A stretch of 64,000 bases of DNA. Source: Candidatus Aminicenantes bacterium (lineage in GTDB: Bacteria; Acidobacteriota; Aminicenantia; Aminicenantales; JAFGBC01). The notes beneath the pieces are model-generated. The model searched no databases, was not told the DNA's origin, and saw nothing but the letters and a program-made list of their open reading frames with translations. Below, piece after piece: positions 37,601 through 48,122 of this stretch. Within the stretch, counting starts at the first letter, position 1; each line of letters begins with the position of its first letter. Location: contig OY969696.1 in assembly GCA_963702005.1 (NCBI GenBank), forward strand, positions 2,752,001 to 2,816,000. Direction: 5' to 3'. The translations under genes and the position numbers were made by a program.

Positions 37601-40204
37601 TTACTGGGCGGCCGCCTCGAACAAACTGTTGAACAGCAGCTTAAAAGTCCCGTAGGGCTGGGCCCTGAACTGGACGGGAATCCCGAGCAGGACAACCCGG
37701 CCTTTGCCGAAGGGAACATCGAGGACGGCCGACTTTCGGGCGATCAGCCTCTCGCCGTGAATCCAGCCGCTCATCAGGAGATTGTCCGTGGCGAACCGGG
37801 CGGCGCTTTTCGGCTCCTTCTTGGCGTCGAAAGCCGGCAGGATCTCGAAAGCGCAGCTCTCCGAGAAGACGACGGCCCCTTCCTTGGGCATTCCGTAGGC
37901 GAGGGGTTGGGTCGCATCGAACTCGGCCCTCAGGATGGATCCGCTGCAGACAAAGTCATCGCGCTTGACGCCGTCCAGGACGTTCCGGGCCGACAGGCCG
38001 AACTGAGCAAGCGCGAACTTGCACATGGAATTGAGAAAAACGAGCGTCCCGCCCTGGTCGGCGAAGAGCTTCAGGTTCCGAACCCCGTTCACGGTCAGCC
38101 CGCCGACATACTGAGGGGGCATCGTCCCCTTGGCGAACCCGTCCAGCAGGAATTCCGGACTCCACATGTCGGGGATGATGATGACGTCGTGGTTGGCGTT
38201 CAGGTTTCCGGCCTTGACGTCGGCATCATGGATGGAGACGTAGGGGATCTCGAACTGGTCCAGGATGTATTTCGTCCAGCCCATGTCTTCGGAGGCGACC
38301 CAGGACTCATAGAGCGCCGCTCTGGGCTTCTTGAGGGTCCAGGTTTCGACGGAGGGCGGCTCGCCGAGACCAGTGATCGGGAGGGCCAGGTCGCGGGCCA
38401 GTTTCTCCATGAAAGGCGGAGACAGCTTGGCGCCCGAGGCGATCCAGGTCCCCTCGGGGAAATCCCGTCCTTGGGCCTTGAACGGCTTCTTGGCCCAGCG
38501 GACCTCCCCTCCGGCCTGGAAGATCCGGGCGGCCGCGATGAAGGAGGCGTTCCGCTCGTGGCCGATGGCGTAGGCCCGCCGGCCCGAACCGAGGATGCCG
38601 CCGGGAGCCGGCTTAATCTCGTCCTGTTTGTCCTTGGCGGCGTCGACCGGCGTGCTGGCGGGAACGGCCTTGACCCCGAATTGGTAGGGGAGAGTCCAGC
38701 CCATCATGTCGTAGGATTCAAACGGCGCCCCTTCGAATTTTCTCGTGGAGACGATGCCCTGCCAGAGGTCGGGATACTTCCGCAGATCGGGATATTTCTG
38801 CTCCTCGAAGACGTTCTTGAAGAACAGCCCGAACGGCTGGTCCATCGGGACGATCGTGGTCCCGGCGGGGTAGCTGATGCCGTCCGAGACGAAGCCCTCG
38901 CGGCTCTTATAGACGTCGATGCCGAGCAGGATCATCCGATTGAGAAGCAGCGCCATCGCCCCCGGGTCCAGCTGGTCCTGGGGAATGATCCAGGCGTAGG
39001 GGGGCTCTTTCCGGAATCTGTCGATGACGTCCGATCCCATCTTGTATTTGTTGAAGAGCAGCTCGGACCTGTATTTGGAGGCCGTGTCCAGGACGGATTT
39101 TGAGGCCGTCAGGCAGTAATCGACGGCGTCCTTGAGCCTCCACCAGCCGCCCTTCCAGGGGTTGGGGTAGAAGGCCGACATGGTCAGGTCCCGGTATTCT
39201 TTGGGATAATCCTCGACCGTGTAGAAATGGGGCGTCGCGTACTCGTAGAGGGCGGTCTCGGTCAAGATCGAAATGATGTTGTGGGAATCATGGACCTGGG
39301 TCATATAGCCGGGATACCAGGTGTCGAAGACGATCCGGGAGATGGCTCCTTCCTTGCCCTCGCCGTCGAAAGCGGCCCCCATGGCCGAACCGATCAGGTT
39401 TTGCCAGCGGACGATGAGGGGATGGACATTGGGGTTGGTCGGCTCCGAGTTAGGCGGCGTCCAGATCCGGGCCGGAAAAGGGGCCGTCTGATGATGGTTG
39501 TAGAGGATGACGGGCGCCCAGTCCTTGTCGACGAGGCGCGCCAGGTTCTGGGTTTCGACCAGGTTGGCAATGTAGGAGTCGCGGTTGTTGTCATGGCCCG
39601 CGTATTTGTGGTAGAGGCGGGGCATCCGGGCCACCTCATAGGGCGTTCCTAAATTCGACGCGTACCATTCGGCCAGCATATTCATCCCGTCCGGGTTGGC
39701 GTAGACGAGGACCAGGATGACGTCCTTGAGGATGCGGAGGGTCGTCGGGTCGGTCCCGGCGACGAGGTCGTAGGTCAGCTGGATATTGTGCTGAGCGGGG
39801 GCGCACTCGTCGGCGTGAAGGCCGCCGTCGATGTAAACGACGGCCTTGCCCTCGGCGGCCAGTTTTTCGGCCGCCGCCCGGTCAAGCCCTTCGACCAGGG
39901 ATAGCTGCCGCATGATACCTTTGAAATGGTCCAGGGCGGCCAGGTTCTCGGGCGCCGAGATGACCGCGTAAATCATGTCCAGGCCCATCGAGGTCTTGCC
40001 GGCCTCGAAGAGCTTGATACGGTCCGAGCGGGCGGCGACGGCCTTCCAGTAGGCGACGGCTTGGTCGTAGTTCGCCAGGTGGTAGTCCTCGCCTACCTTG
40101 AAGCCGAGAACCTCCTCGGGCTTGGGGATGTTCTGGCCGCGGGCCAGGGTGACAGCTAAGATGCACAAGCCAAGGATCGCGATAGTCCGAACGTGTCCTC
40201 TCAT
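37601..40204 (-). CDS. Secreted M14 zinc carboxypeptidase-family protein
   Basis: Signal peptide, GLHADE (HxxE), NPDG, DNNRD, HHQ and a C-terminal GATase-like domain. Confidence 0.85.
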   Translation of the reverse strand: MRGHVRTIAILGLCILAVTLARGQNIPKPEEVLGFKVGEDYHLANYDQAVAYWKAVAARSDRIKLFEAGKTSMGLDMIYAVISAPENLAALDHFKGIMRQLSLVEGLDRAAAEKLAAEGKAVVYIDGGLHADECAPAQHNIQLTYDLVAGTDPTTLRILKDVILVLVYANPDGMNMLAEWYASNLGTPYEVARMPRLYHKYAGHDNNRDSYIANLVETQNLARLVDKDWAPVILYNHHQTAPFPARIWTPPNSEPTNPNVHPLIVRWQNLIGSAMGAAFDGEGKEGAISRIVFDTWYPGYMTQVHDSHNIISILTETALYEYATPHFYTVEDYPKEYRDLTMSAFYPNPWKGGWWRLKDAVDYCLTASKSVLDTASKYRSELLFNKYKMGSDVIDRFRKEPPYAWIIPQDQLDPGAMALLLNRMILLGIDVYKSREGFVSDGISYPAGTTIVPMDQPFGLFFKNVFEEQKYPDLRKYPDLWQGIVSTRKFEGAPFESYDMMGWTLPYQFGVKAVPASTPVDAAKDKQDEIKPAPGGILGSGRRAYAIGHERNASFIAAARIFQAGGEVRWAKKPFKAQGRDFPEGTWIASGAKLSPPFMEKLARDLALPITGLGEPPSVETWTLKKPRAALYESWVASEDMGWTKYILDQFEIPYVSIHDADVKAGNLNANHDVIIIPDMWSPEFLLDGFAKGTMPPQYVGGLTVNGVRNLKLFADQGGTLVFLNSMCKFALAQFGLSARNVLDGVKRDDFVCSGSILRAEFDATQPLAYGMPKEGAVVFSESCAFEILPAFDAKKEPKSAARFATDNLLMSGWIHGERLIARKSAVLDVPFGKGRVVLLGIPVQFRAQPYGTFKLLFNSLFEAAAQ

Positions 40205-40242
40205 GGGTTGATCATTCCTTTCCCTTGGGATTTAATCCGACC

Positions 40243-40656
40243 TCAAAACGCGTTCACGATATGGCGCAGGGCGGGGCGCGCTGCGTCCTCGCCGCAGTCG
40301 TCGATTGCGACAGCGCCGTCGACGACTACGACGTCGAACCGGCAGGGGACGCCCTTGATCCGATGGCGGACGAGATAGGCCTGGGCGATCCGCCGCAGCT
40401 GCCGCTGTTTGGCGGCGGTCACCGCTTCCTCGGGAAAGCCGAAGGCTCGGCTCATCCGGGCCTTGACCTCGACGAAAACGAGGACGGCTCCGTCATAGGC
40501 GACGATATCGATTTCGCCCCGCTGGAAGCGATAGCCCGTTTCGACGATCCGGAAGCGCTTGCCGCGCAGATAAGCGATGGCCGCCTTCTCGCCGAGCTTG
40601 CCCAAGGCATGGGGGGAGAGCCGCTTCGTTCCGTCTCGGCCGGACTCGTTGGCCAT
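40243..40656 (-). CDS. YraN-family (UPF0102) nuclease-fold protein
   Basis: GEIDIV, FVEVKAR, RFDVV and HIVNAF. Confidence 0.88.
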   Translation of the reverse strand: MANESGRDGTKRLSPHALGKLGEKAAIAYLRGKRFRIVETGYRFQRGEIDIVAYDGAVLVFVEVKARMSRAFGFPEEAVTAAKQRQLRRIAQAYLVRHRIKGVPCRFDVVVVDGAVAIDDCGEDAARPALRHIVNAF

Positions 40657-40675
40657 GGAAGCTCCGTCATCTCTC

Positions 40676-42085
40676 TCAAAGCTTGACGATTTTCCAGCGG
40701 ACTCCGTCTCGCGTATCCTCCAGGACGACGCCGCGGCCGAGGAGCTCGGAGCGGATCTCGTCGGCCCGCTTGAAGTCCCGGGCTCGGCGCGCCCGCTCGC
40801 GTTCTTCGACCAGGGCTGCGATCTCGGCGGAGAGCGGCTCGTCCTTGGTTTCGGGCATCAGGGCCAGGACCCGGTCGAAGGAGCGTAGGCCGGCCCGGAG
40901 AAGATCGGCCTCCGCCCGGCCGACCTTGTCCCGGGCGATCAGGCTGTTCGCCTCTCGGATGAGCTCGAACAGCGCGGTCAAACCGGTCGCGATATTGAGG
41001 TCGTCGGACAGTCCGTCCCTGAACTTCCGGTCGGCTTCGGCGACAAAACGCGGGATGTCCCCGCTCCCGGCCTCGGGGAATGAGCGGTGGTCGAGCTCGT
41101 AGGCGAAATCCAGGACGCGCTGGACCGCGGCCTTGGCCTGGTCGGCCGCCTCAAACGTGAAGTTGAGGACTTTTCGGTAATGGGTCCCGATGAGCAGGAA
41201 GCGGACGGCCGCGGCCGGGATTCCCCGCCCGAGAAGGTCGTCCAGCGTATACTGATTCCCCTTGGATTTGGCCATCTTCTCGCCGTCCACGATGAGGTGG
41301 TGGCAGTGAAGCCAGTAGCGGACGAAGGGCTTCCCCGTGAACGCCTCGGACTGGGCGATTTCGTTTTCGTGATGGGGGAAGATGTTGTCGACGCCGCCGC
41401 AGTGGATGTCGAACGTCTCGCCCAGGTACTTCGAGCTCATGGCCGAGCACTCGATGTGCCAGCCGGGCCGGCCCGGCCCGATCTCGGTCTCCCAGGACGG
41501 CTCGCCCGGCTTGGGGGCCTTCCAGAGGGCGAAGTCCTGGGCGTTCTCTTTTTCATATTCATCGGCTTCGATCCGAGCCCCGATCCGGGAGGTCGTCTGG
41601 AGCTCCTCGCGCTTGATCTTGGACAGCTTCCCGTAGCCGGGGAACTTGGCGATGCTGAAATAGATCGAGCCGTCCTTGCGGTAGGCGAATCCCTTGTCGA
41701 GAAGTCCCTTGATGATCCGGGCCATCTCGGGGATGTGTTCGGTCGCGAGAGGATAGCGGTCGGCGGGCGCGATCCGGAGGGTCTTGATCCCCGCGAAGAA
41801 GGATTTGATATAGGGGTCCGTGAATTCGCCGATGGAGACGCCCCGGGCGCCGGCGTCGCGGATGATCTTGTCGTCGACGTCGGTAATGTTCATGACGTGC
41901 TGGACCCGGAACCCCAAGAAGCCAAGGAAGCGCTTGAGGAGATCCTCGAAAACATAGGCCCGGTAGTTCCCGATGTGGGCGGTGTTGTAGACGGTCGGGC
42001 CGCAGGTGTAGAGCCGGACCTCGCCCGGCAGCAGGGGCTCGAAGGGGACGACCTCGCCCCGCAGCGTGTCGAAGAGCCGGATCAT
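40676..42085 (-). CDS. cysS: Cysteine--tRNA ligase
   Basis: CGPTVY..HIGN, GRPGWHIECS, FPHHENE and KMAKS. Confidence 0.97.
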   Translation of the reverse strand: MIRLFDTLRGEVVPFEPLLPGEVRLYTCGPTVYNTAHIGNYRAYVFEDLLKRFLGFLGFRVQHVMNITDVDDKIIRDAGARGVSIGEFTDPYIKSFFAGIKTLRIAPADRYPLATEHIPEMARIIKGLLDKGFAYRKDGSIYFSIAKFPGYGKLSKIKREELQTTSRIGARIEADEYEKENAQDFALWKAPKPGEPSWETEIGPGRPGWHIECSAMSSKYLGETFDIHCGGVDNIFPHHENEIAQSEAFTGKPFVRYWLHCHHLIVDGEKMAKSKGNQYTLDDLLGRGIPAAAVRFLLIGTHYRKVLNFTFEAADQAKAAVQRVLDFAYELDHRSFPEAGSGDIPRFVAEADRKFRDGLSDDLNIATGLTALFELIREANSLIARDKVGRAEADLLRAGLRSFDRVLALMPETKDEPLSAEIAALVEERERARRARDFKRADEIRSELLGRGVVLEDTRDGVRWKIVKL

Positions 42086-42139
42086 GATGCCCTATTATGG
42101 AACCGCGCGGGCGGCGCCGTCAATAAATCCTTAATGTCT

Positions 42140-43607
42140 TCAGTCGTCCTCGGAGCGGTTGCGCCGCCGGATAACATCCCAGAGGCCGGCGTCATGAATA
42201 CCCAGCTTGGCCGGGTCGAAAGACAGAGGCCGGCCGCCCCGCTTCTGGGCTTCGTAGTCCTTCAAGGTGGCGAGCCCGGCCTTGGTCAGTAGGAGGATAG
42301 CGATGACATTCAGCCAGGCCATCAGGCCGACGCCGATGTCGCCCAGCCCCCAGGCCAGCCGGATCGTACGGATGGCGCCATAGAACGTCATAGCCAGCAG
42401 GAAGACCCTAGCCAGTTGGATGGCGAGGCGGCTTTTCTTCTGGAACAGGTAGGCGACGTTGGACTCCGTGTAGAAGGCGTAGGCCATCAGCGTCGTGAAG
42501 GCGAAAAGGAAGAGGGCGATAGCGACGAAATGGCCGCCGAATCCTTGGATCAACGTATCGATTCCGCCGCTGCGTCCACACAGGGCTGGCTTCGATGCCG
42601 GGCAGGTTGTTGACCAGGAAGCCCCCCTTGCCGTCGGCGACGTTGTAGGTCCCGGTCATCAGGATCATGAAGCCGGTGGCGCTGCAGACGAACAGGGTAT
42701 CCACATAGACCGAAAAGGCCTGGACCAGCCCCTGCTGCGCGGGATGGCGGACTTCCGCGGCGGCCGCCGCCTGAGGCCCCGTCCCCTGGCCGGCCTCGTT
42801 GGAGAAGATGCCCCGCTTGACTCCCCAGATAATGGCCGAGCCGACGATACCGCCGAACATGGCGTTCTTACCGACCGCCGAACTGAAAATAAGCGCCAGG
42901 ATGGAGGGCAGGCGTTTGATGTCGAGAATGATGATGATGATCGCCATTAGGACATAGCCGATGGCCATGAAGGGGACCATCAGCTCGGCGGCCTTGCCGA
43001 TGCGCTTGACGCCGCCGAAGATGATCAGCCCCAGCAAGGCGGTCACGGCGATGCCCGAGATCGTCGGTGTCAAACGAGGATAAACATTCTGGAAAGCGAC
43101 GGCGATGCTGTTGGCTTGGATGCCGGGAAGGAGAATGCCGCAGGAGATAATGGTGATAACGGCGAAGATGACGGCATACCATTTTTGGCCCAGCCCTTTT
43201 TCAATGTAATAAGAGGGCCCGCCGCGGTAAACGCCGCCGATCTCCTCCTTCCAGACCTGGGCCAGGGCCGATTCGACGTAGGCGGAGCCGGCGCCCAGGA
43301 AGGCGATCATCCACATCCAGAACAGGGCGCCCGGCCCGCCGACGCCGATGGCCGTTGCGACGCCGGCGATGTTGCCCGTCCCGACCCGGCCCCCCAAGGC
43401 CATGGCGAACCCCTGGAACGAGGACACTCCCGACTTGGAGGAGGTGCCGACCCAGAGTTGTTTGACCATATCCTTGATCAGCCGGACTTGGAGAAATCGG
43501 GTTCGGATTGAGAAATAGATGCCCGCACCCAGGCAGAGCACAACCAAGGGGATGCTCCAGACATAGCTGTTGACGAGGTCGACGAGTTTTTGCAGGTCCA
43601 AGCTCAA
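42140..43607 (-). CDS. Alanine/glycine:cation symporter (AlsT/AgcS) with a frameshift at about 42570
   Basis: GTGNIAGVA, GGPGALFWMW, RGGP.YY and FSNEAGQG. The C-terminal LFAFTT...D.GVGLMAWLN portion lies in ORF 42140-42553. Confidence 0.88.
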
Positions 43608-43737
43608 CCTCCTCGGGCCGGATTTAAGGGGAAACGCGTCGTCGAATGCGTCGTCCGTTCATTCATCATGCAGGAAGGTTCTATTCTAAGGAGATCGCCG
43701 GATCCGGTCAAATGAATAGATCCGGCTCGTCCCGAGC

Positions 43738-45927
43738 TCAAGGCCAGATTGAAAGCGATATCTTGAGGACGCCCCGCTCCTCCAGCGGGATGAACCGGCT
43801 GGTCGGGTTCCAACGCCGTTCCCAGTTCTTGTTGTAGACGACGTAGATCACGTTCCCGGGGGAGATCTGCCAGCGCAGCCGGGCGCTCCAGCCCAGTTCA
43901 CGCGAGATATCGTCGTACTGGATATAGTTCATGAAGCCGATGTCCGGGGAGAGGAAAAAATCGGCCTTAGCCTGATAGACGTTCTCGCTGAAACGGCCCT
44001 GGGGGAGCCGACCCCGGACGAGGTTGGCATCCAAGGACAGGCTCAGGTAGCCGCGGTGCTTGAAGGTCAAGCCGATTTGGGTATCGTTGTAATGCCCCGA
44101 ATAGAATTCCCCGAAGCCGGTATTCAGGTCGAGGACGACCGGCCGGTGGCTGGCCGTGCTGAGCTCGAGGCGGGCGCTCGTAAAATCATAGGATCCGGAC
44201 GGCAGGACGACGCCCCGGGCGACCTCGAAGTCGTAGGGGAGGATGTCGCGATTAAGGTTGATCGAGAAACCGACCTGTTCGCCGCTTTCCGTCCTCAAGC
44301 TGAGAGGAGACGCCTGCAGCTCGCTTGTTTCAAGCCTCCCGGCCAAGTCCCAATAGAAATCGCCGCTGGCCTCGAAGAAGAGCTGCCGGATGAGTCCATC
44401 GAGAAAACCCGCGCCCGGCCGCGGCTGATATCCGACCCGGGCGAAGAACGTCTGGATGCCGCGCCGCATCATGTAGCCCATCCCCGGATCCATGGCTTCC
44501 CCGTAATAGGCGTAGGTCGTCTGGATGTCCCAGAGGTCGTTCGGATAGTTGGCCCGGAATCCGAAGCCGTGGTGGCGTCCATCCTTTAGATCGTTCCAAT
44601 TGTAAGCCATCCAAGCGGCCAGCCAGAGATTCTTGTCGCCGCGGAACTTGGAGGTCGAGTAGGCGAAGTCCATTCCGAACAGGGAATTCCGCCCTCCGCC
44701 GGGGCTTCCGTTCGTAAAGATCCAGCCGACCTTGCTTTCGGCAAAGATGTCCTGGGTCATCCGGGCGGCCATGAAGTTCCGGCCCGGAAGGTCCCCGAAC
44801 GAGTCGGTTTGGACGTCGAGGACGGCCAGGTTCGTCATGCCGATCTTGCCGTAGAGCTTGCTGCCGAAGATGACCGGGACCTGCCGTCCCCCATAGAGGC
44901 CGATCGATCGGCTGATGAAGGGGGTGAAGCTCACGCTCGAGCTGAAGTTGAAGATCTCGGACCCCTCCAGGAAGAACATCCGTTTTTCGGGAAAGAACAG
45001 GGGGAAGCGGGTCAGGTTGATTCTGCGCTCATCGGCCTCGGTCTCGGCGAAATCCATGTTATAGCTGACCACCCCCACGAAATTGGGGGTGAAATTTTTG
45101 TAGATGTCGAACCCCCCGTCGAGCTCCCGTTTCGAAGCCGCCCGACCCGTCTCGAGACCGCTCCTCAGATTGCTCGCCAAGCCGTAGGGCTTGAAAGTGA
45201 TTCCCAGGCCCTGCCGGACGCCTTCGATTCCCGCCAGGGTGGCGGCCTCCATCGGATTGTAAAAGACGCTGTCCCGGTTGGTCCCGGAGAGACGGATGAT
45301 CTCCTGCTTACGGGCGATCGTCCGTTCGACGTTGATGCCCCAGACGGTCAGACCCGGTTTGAAGGACAGGGTTTTGAACGGAATCCGGAATTCCGCGCTC
45401 CAGCCGTTTTCAAGGATCCGGCTGCGGGCGTCCCAGATGCCGTCCCAGTTAAGGCTGGCTTGACCGCCCGAGGCCAGGCCTTCGCCGCGCGCGCCGCGCG
45501 GGTTGACGAAGAAGACATAGGCGTTCCGTTTGTCCTGGAAAGGGTCGAGCAGGACGCGGACGAGGTCATCGCTGGGCAGCCCCTGCGGACCTCCATACGG
45601 GTGGTGGGTATCCCCGCCTCCGCTGTCATGGGCCATCGTGCGGGCCGCGATCCGGGCCGGCTCGCCGTCGGCGCAGAAAACGCCGACGTAGAGGTTCGCA
45701 TCGTCGAAGAGAATCCGGATCTCGGTCCGTTCGGTCGGATCCTCGTTGGGCCGGGGTTCGACCATCCGGAAGTCGGAAAAGGGGAGGGCCGAGGCCCAGA
45801 CGGAATCGGACAGGAGGCCGTCGATCTTGGGGCCGGTCTCGACTCGGACGGCCCGCAAGCCGGCCGCGAAGCCTGAGGGGGCCAGCAAGAGCGCCAGGCT
45901 CAGGACTGAGAGCATAATTCGTTTCAT
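43738..45927 (-). CDS. DUF5916 / CBM9-like domain outer-membrane protein
   Basis: Signal peptide, PKIDG.L....W, WSAEFRIPF..L.F and NLTRFPLFFPEKR.FFLEG. Confidence 0.8.
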   Translation of the reverse strand: MKRIMLSVLSLALLLAPSGFAAGLRAVRVETGPKIDGLLSDSVWASALPFSDFRMVEPRPNEDPTERTEIRILFDDANLYVGVFCADGEPARIAARTMAHDSGGGDTHHPYGGPQGLPSDDLVRVLLDPFQDKRNAYVFFVNPRGARGEGLASGGQASLNWDGIWDARSRILENGWSAEFRIPFKTLSFKPGLTVWGINVERTIARKQEIIRLSGTNRDSVFYNPMEAATLAGIEGVRQGLGITFKPYGLASNLRSGLETGRAASKRELDGGFDIYKNFTPNFVGVVSYNMDFAETEADERRINLTRFPLFFPEKRMFFLEGSEIFNFSSSVSFTPFISRSIGLYGGRQVPVIFGSKLYGKIGMTNLAVLDVQTDSFGDLPGRNFMAARMTQDIFAESKVGWIFTNGSPGGGRNSLFGMDFAYSTSKFRGDKNLWLAAWMAYNWNDLKDGRHHGFGFRANYPNDLWDIQTTYAYYGEAMDPGMGYMMRRGIQTFFARVGYQPRPGAGFLDGLIRQLFFEASGDFYWDLAGRLETSELQASPLSLRTESGEQVGFSINLNRDILPYDFEVARGVVLPSGSYDFTSARLELSTASHRPVVLDLNTGFGEFYSGHYNDTQIGLTFKHRGYLSLSLDANLVRGRLPQGRFSENVYQAKADFFLSPDIGFMNYIQYDDISRELGWSARLRWQISPGNVIYVVYNKNWERRWNPTSRFIPLEERGVLKISLSIWP

Positions 45928-46036
45928 ATCGGCCTTTCTGGAAAACAGGTTCAATCGACCGACCGGCCGGCAAAAGCCGATCTATTCTAATATGCCCGGG
46001 GCGTTTTTTCAACGAACCCGGCCCGCAGATTCCGAA

Positions 46037-46237
46037 ATTGACCAGCCCCCGGGCGGCTTCTCATCCATGGCCCGGACGGTCGGATACCCCGCCGCGACCG
46101 GAGTCCGCCTCCTTCTCGAAGGCCGCATCCGAAGCAAGGGCGTCCTCATCCCGATCCAACCCGAAATCTACGGCCCCGTTTTAGACGAGCTTCGGAACCT
46201 CGGCATCATCTTCAAGAAACGGCGGGAGCAGGCTTGA
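46037..46237 (+). pseudogene. C-terminal remnant of saccharopine dehydrogenase
   Basis: SSMARTVGYPAATGVRLLLEG.I..KGVLIP..PEIYGPVLDEL..LGI.F matches the saccharopine dehydrogenase C-terminus; the rest of the gene is absent. Confidence 0.65.
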
Positions 46238-46309
46238 TCGGGCAAGTCCATTTTCAGCATAATTAATTTATTATTAATTAGTTACAGAAATCCCTCCGGG
46301 CGAGCGCAA

Positions 46310-46339
46310 TTGACAATCTCCACCCGATAGTGCTATAAA
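46310..46339 (+). promoter_or_regulatory. hrcA promoter with an overlapping CIRCE-like operator
   Basis: TTGACA-18 bp-TATAAA. TTGACAATC-N9-TAGTGCTAT compares with CIRCE TTAGCACTC-N9-GAGTGCTAA. Confidence 0.65.
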
Positions 46340-46355
46340 AGATTAAGATTTCAGC

Positions 46356-47399
46356 ATGAAAAACGCGACGCTCAAGGAAAAGGACAAGCAGGTTCTCAAC
46401 CTGATCGTCGAGAACTACCTCAAGGTCGGCAGGCCGGTCAGTTCGGGGCTCCTCTCTCAGAAAAAAAAGATCCCCGATTCGCCGGCCACCCTCCGCAACA
46501 TCATGGTCAAGCTCGAAGACCTGGGCTTCCTCCACCAGCCCCATACCTCGGCCGGCCGCGTCCCCACCGACAAAGGGCTCCGCTTCTACGTCAACCACCT
46601 CTTCGCGACCGTCCTCCATGACGGCGGACAGACGAGTCCCTTCGGGGACGAGTTCGCCCGGGAAAAGGGCGACTTCGACTCGCTCTTGACCAAGGCCTCC
46701 AAGGTCCTGGCCGAGCAGTCGGACAACCTCGCCTTCGTCATCTCGCCCCGCATCTCCAAGATTCAATTCCGCTATCTCCGCTTCATCAAGGTCGGCGAGG
46801 ACCGGGTCCTGGTCATCCTGGTCACGACCTTCAACATGGTCTTGACCGAGGTCATCAAAACCGACATCTATTTCAGTCAGACCGAACTCGACAACGCCTC
46901 CGAGTACGCCAATCAGAACTTCCGGGGAAAGAACCTTCTCACCATCCGGGATCATCTGTTCCGGGAGCTGCCGACCTACCGCCGCCGCTACGAGCTCATC
47001 GTCAACAAGCTCATCAGCTTCCTTAAAACTTATTTTCTTCAGGAGGAAAAAGAAAGCCGGATCTTCTTCCAGGGCGCGGCTCGGCTCATCGACAAGCCCG
47101 AGCTGTTCGACATGGAACGGCTCAAGGTCCTCTTCCAGAACTTCGAGGAGCGGGCCAAACTGGCCAGCCTCCTGTCCGAATTCATCACCCTGGACCGGGT
47201 CAAGGTCCTGATCGGCTCCGAATCGAACGTCCCCGACATCGAGGACTGCTCGCTCATCCTCTCTCACTACGGAACCGGGAACCAGGTCCTGGGCTCTCTG
47301 GGCGTCCTCGGGCCCAAACGGATCCCGTATGAGCGGATCATCCCGCTCGTCGACGGCATCGCCAAGCAGCTGAGCCAGACGATCAGCCACCATTCTTAG
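46356..47399 (+). CDS. hrcA: Heat-inducible transcription repressor HrcA
   Basis: SPATLRNIM..LE..G.L.QPHTSAGRVPT.KG.R.YV and LGVLGPKR..Y. Confidence 0.95.
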   Translation: MKNATLKEKDKQVLNLIVENYLKVGRPVSSGLLSQKKKIPDSPATLRNIMVKLEDLGFLHQPHTSAGRVPTDKGLRFYVNHLFATVLHDGGQTSPFGDEFAREKGDFDSLLTKASKVLAEQSDNLAFVISPRISKIQFRYLRFIKVGEDRVLVILVTTFNMVLTEVIKTDIYFSQTELDNASEYANQNFRGKNLLTIRDHLFRELPTYRRRYELIVNKLISFLKTYFLQEEKESRIFFQGAARLIDKPELFDMERLKVLFQNFEERAKLASLLSEFITLDRVKVLIGSESNVPDIEDCSLILSHYGTGNQVLGSLGVLGPKRIPYERIIPLVDGIAKQLSQTISHHS

Positions 47400-47409
47400 A
47401 GAGGACGGC

Positions 47410-48117
47410 ATGACCAAGAAGAAGCCCCATCCCAAGCCGGAGGCCGACGGCGCTCCTTCGTCCCCGGCGTCGCCGCCCCCTCCTCAGGAGCCGACTCCTT
47501 CCGCCCCGGCGCCGGAAGCGGCACCGCCCGCCCCCAAACCCGCCGAAGGAACGCCGGCCGGCCCTGCCGCCGGCCAGCCCGAAAAAGAGGGCGTCGAGGT
47601 CGTGCCGCTTGCGGGCGATGAATACGAGGAGCTCGGCAAGGCCTTCGCGTCCCTCGAGCACGATTTCCTTCGCCTGAAACAGGAACATCACGAGCTCAAG
47701 GATAAATATCTCCGCAAGCTGGCCGAGATGGACAACCTCCGCAAAAGGGTCGAGCGCGAGAAGGCCGAGTTTCAGAGCTTCGCCCTGAATACCGTCCTCA
47801 GGGACATCCTCGCGGTCGTCGATAACTTCGCCCGAGCCCTGACCGGGACGGCCGGCCAGGACGGGAAGAGCTTCCAGGAGGGGATGGAGCTCATTCACAG
47901 GCAGCTCATGGATTTTCTGATTAAAAACGGCGTCTCGCCGATCGAGGCTGTAGGAAAGGTCTTCGACCCGACCCTCCACCAGGCGTTCGACAGCGAGGAG
48001 GTCGAAGAGATCGCAGAACCGGTCGTCGTCGAGGAGATGCAAAAAGGGTACCTTCTCCACGGCCGGCTTCTGCGGCCCGCCCTGGTCAAGGTCCGGGTTC
48101 CCAAGAAGGGGGGATAA
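47410..48117 (+). CDS. grpE: Nucleotide exchange factor GrpE with a Pro-rich N-terminal extension
   Basis: AEMDNLRKR, FDPTLHQA and QKGY..GRLLRPALVKV. Confidence 0.93.
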   Translation: MTKKKPHPKPEADGAPSSPASPPPPQEPTPSAPAPEAAPPAPKPAEGTPAGPAAGQPEKEGVEVVPLAGDEYEELGKAFASLEHDFLRLKQEHHELKDKYLRKLAEMDNLRKRVEREKAEFQSFALNTVLRDILAVVDNFARALTGTAGQDGKSFQEGMELIHRQLMDFLIKNGVSPIEAVGKVFDPTLHQAFDSEEVEEIAEPVVVEEMQKGYLLHGRLLRPALVKVRVPKKGG

Positions 48118-48122
48118 CGACG

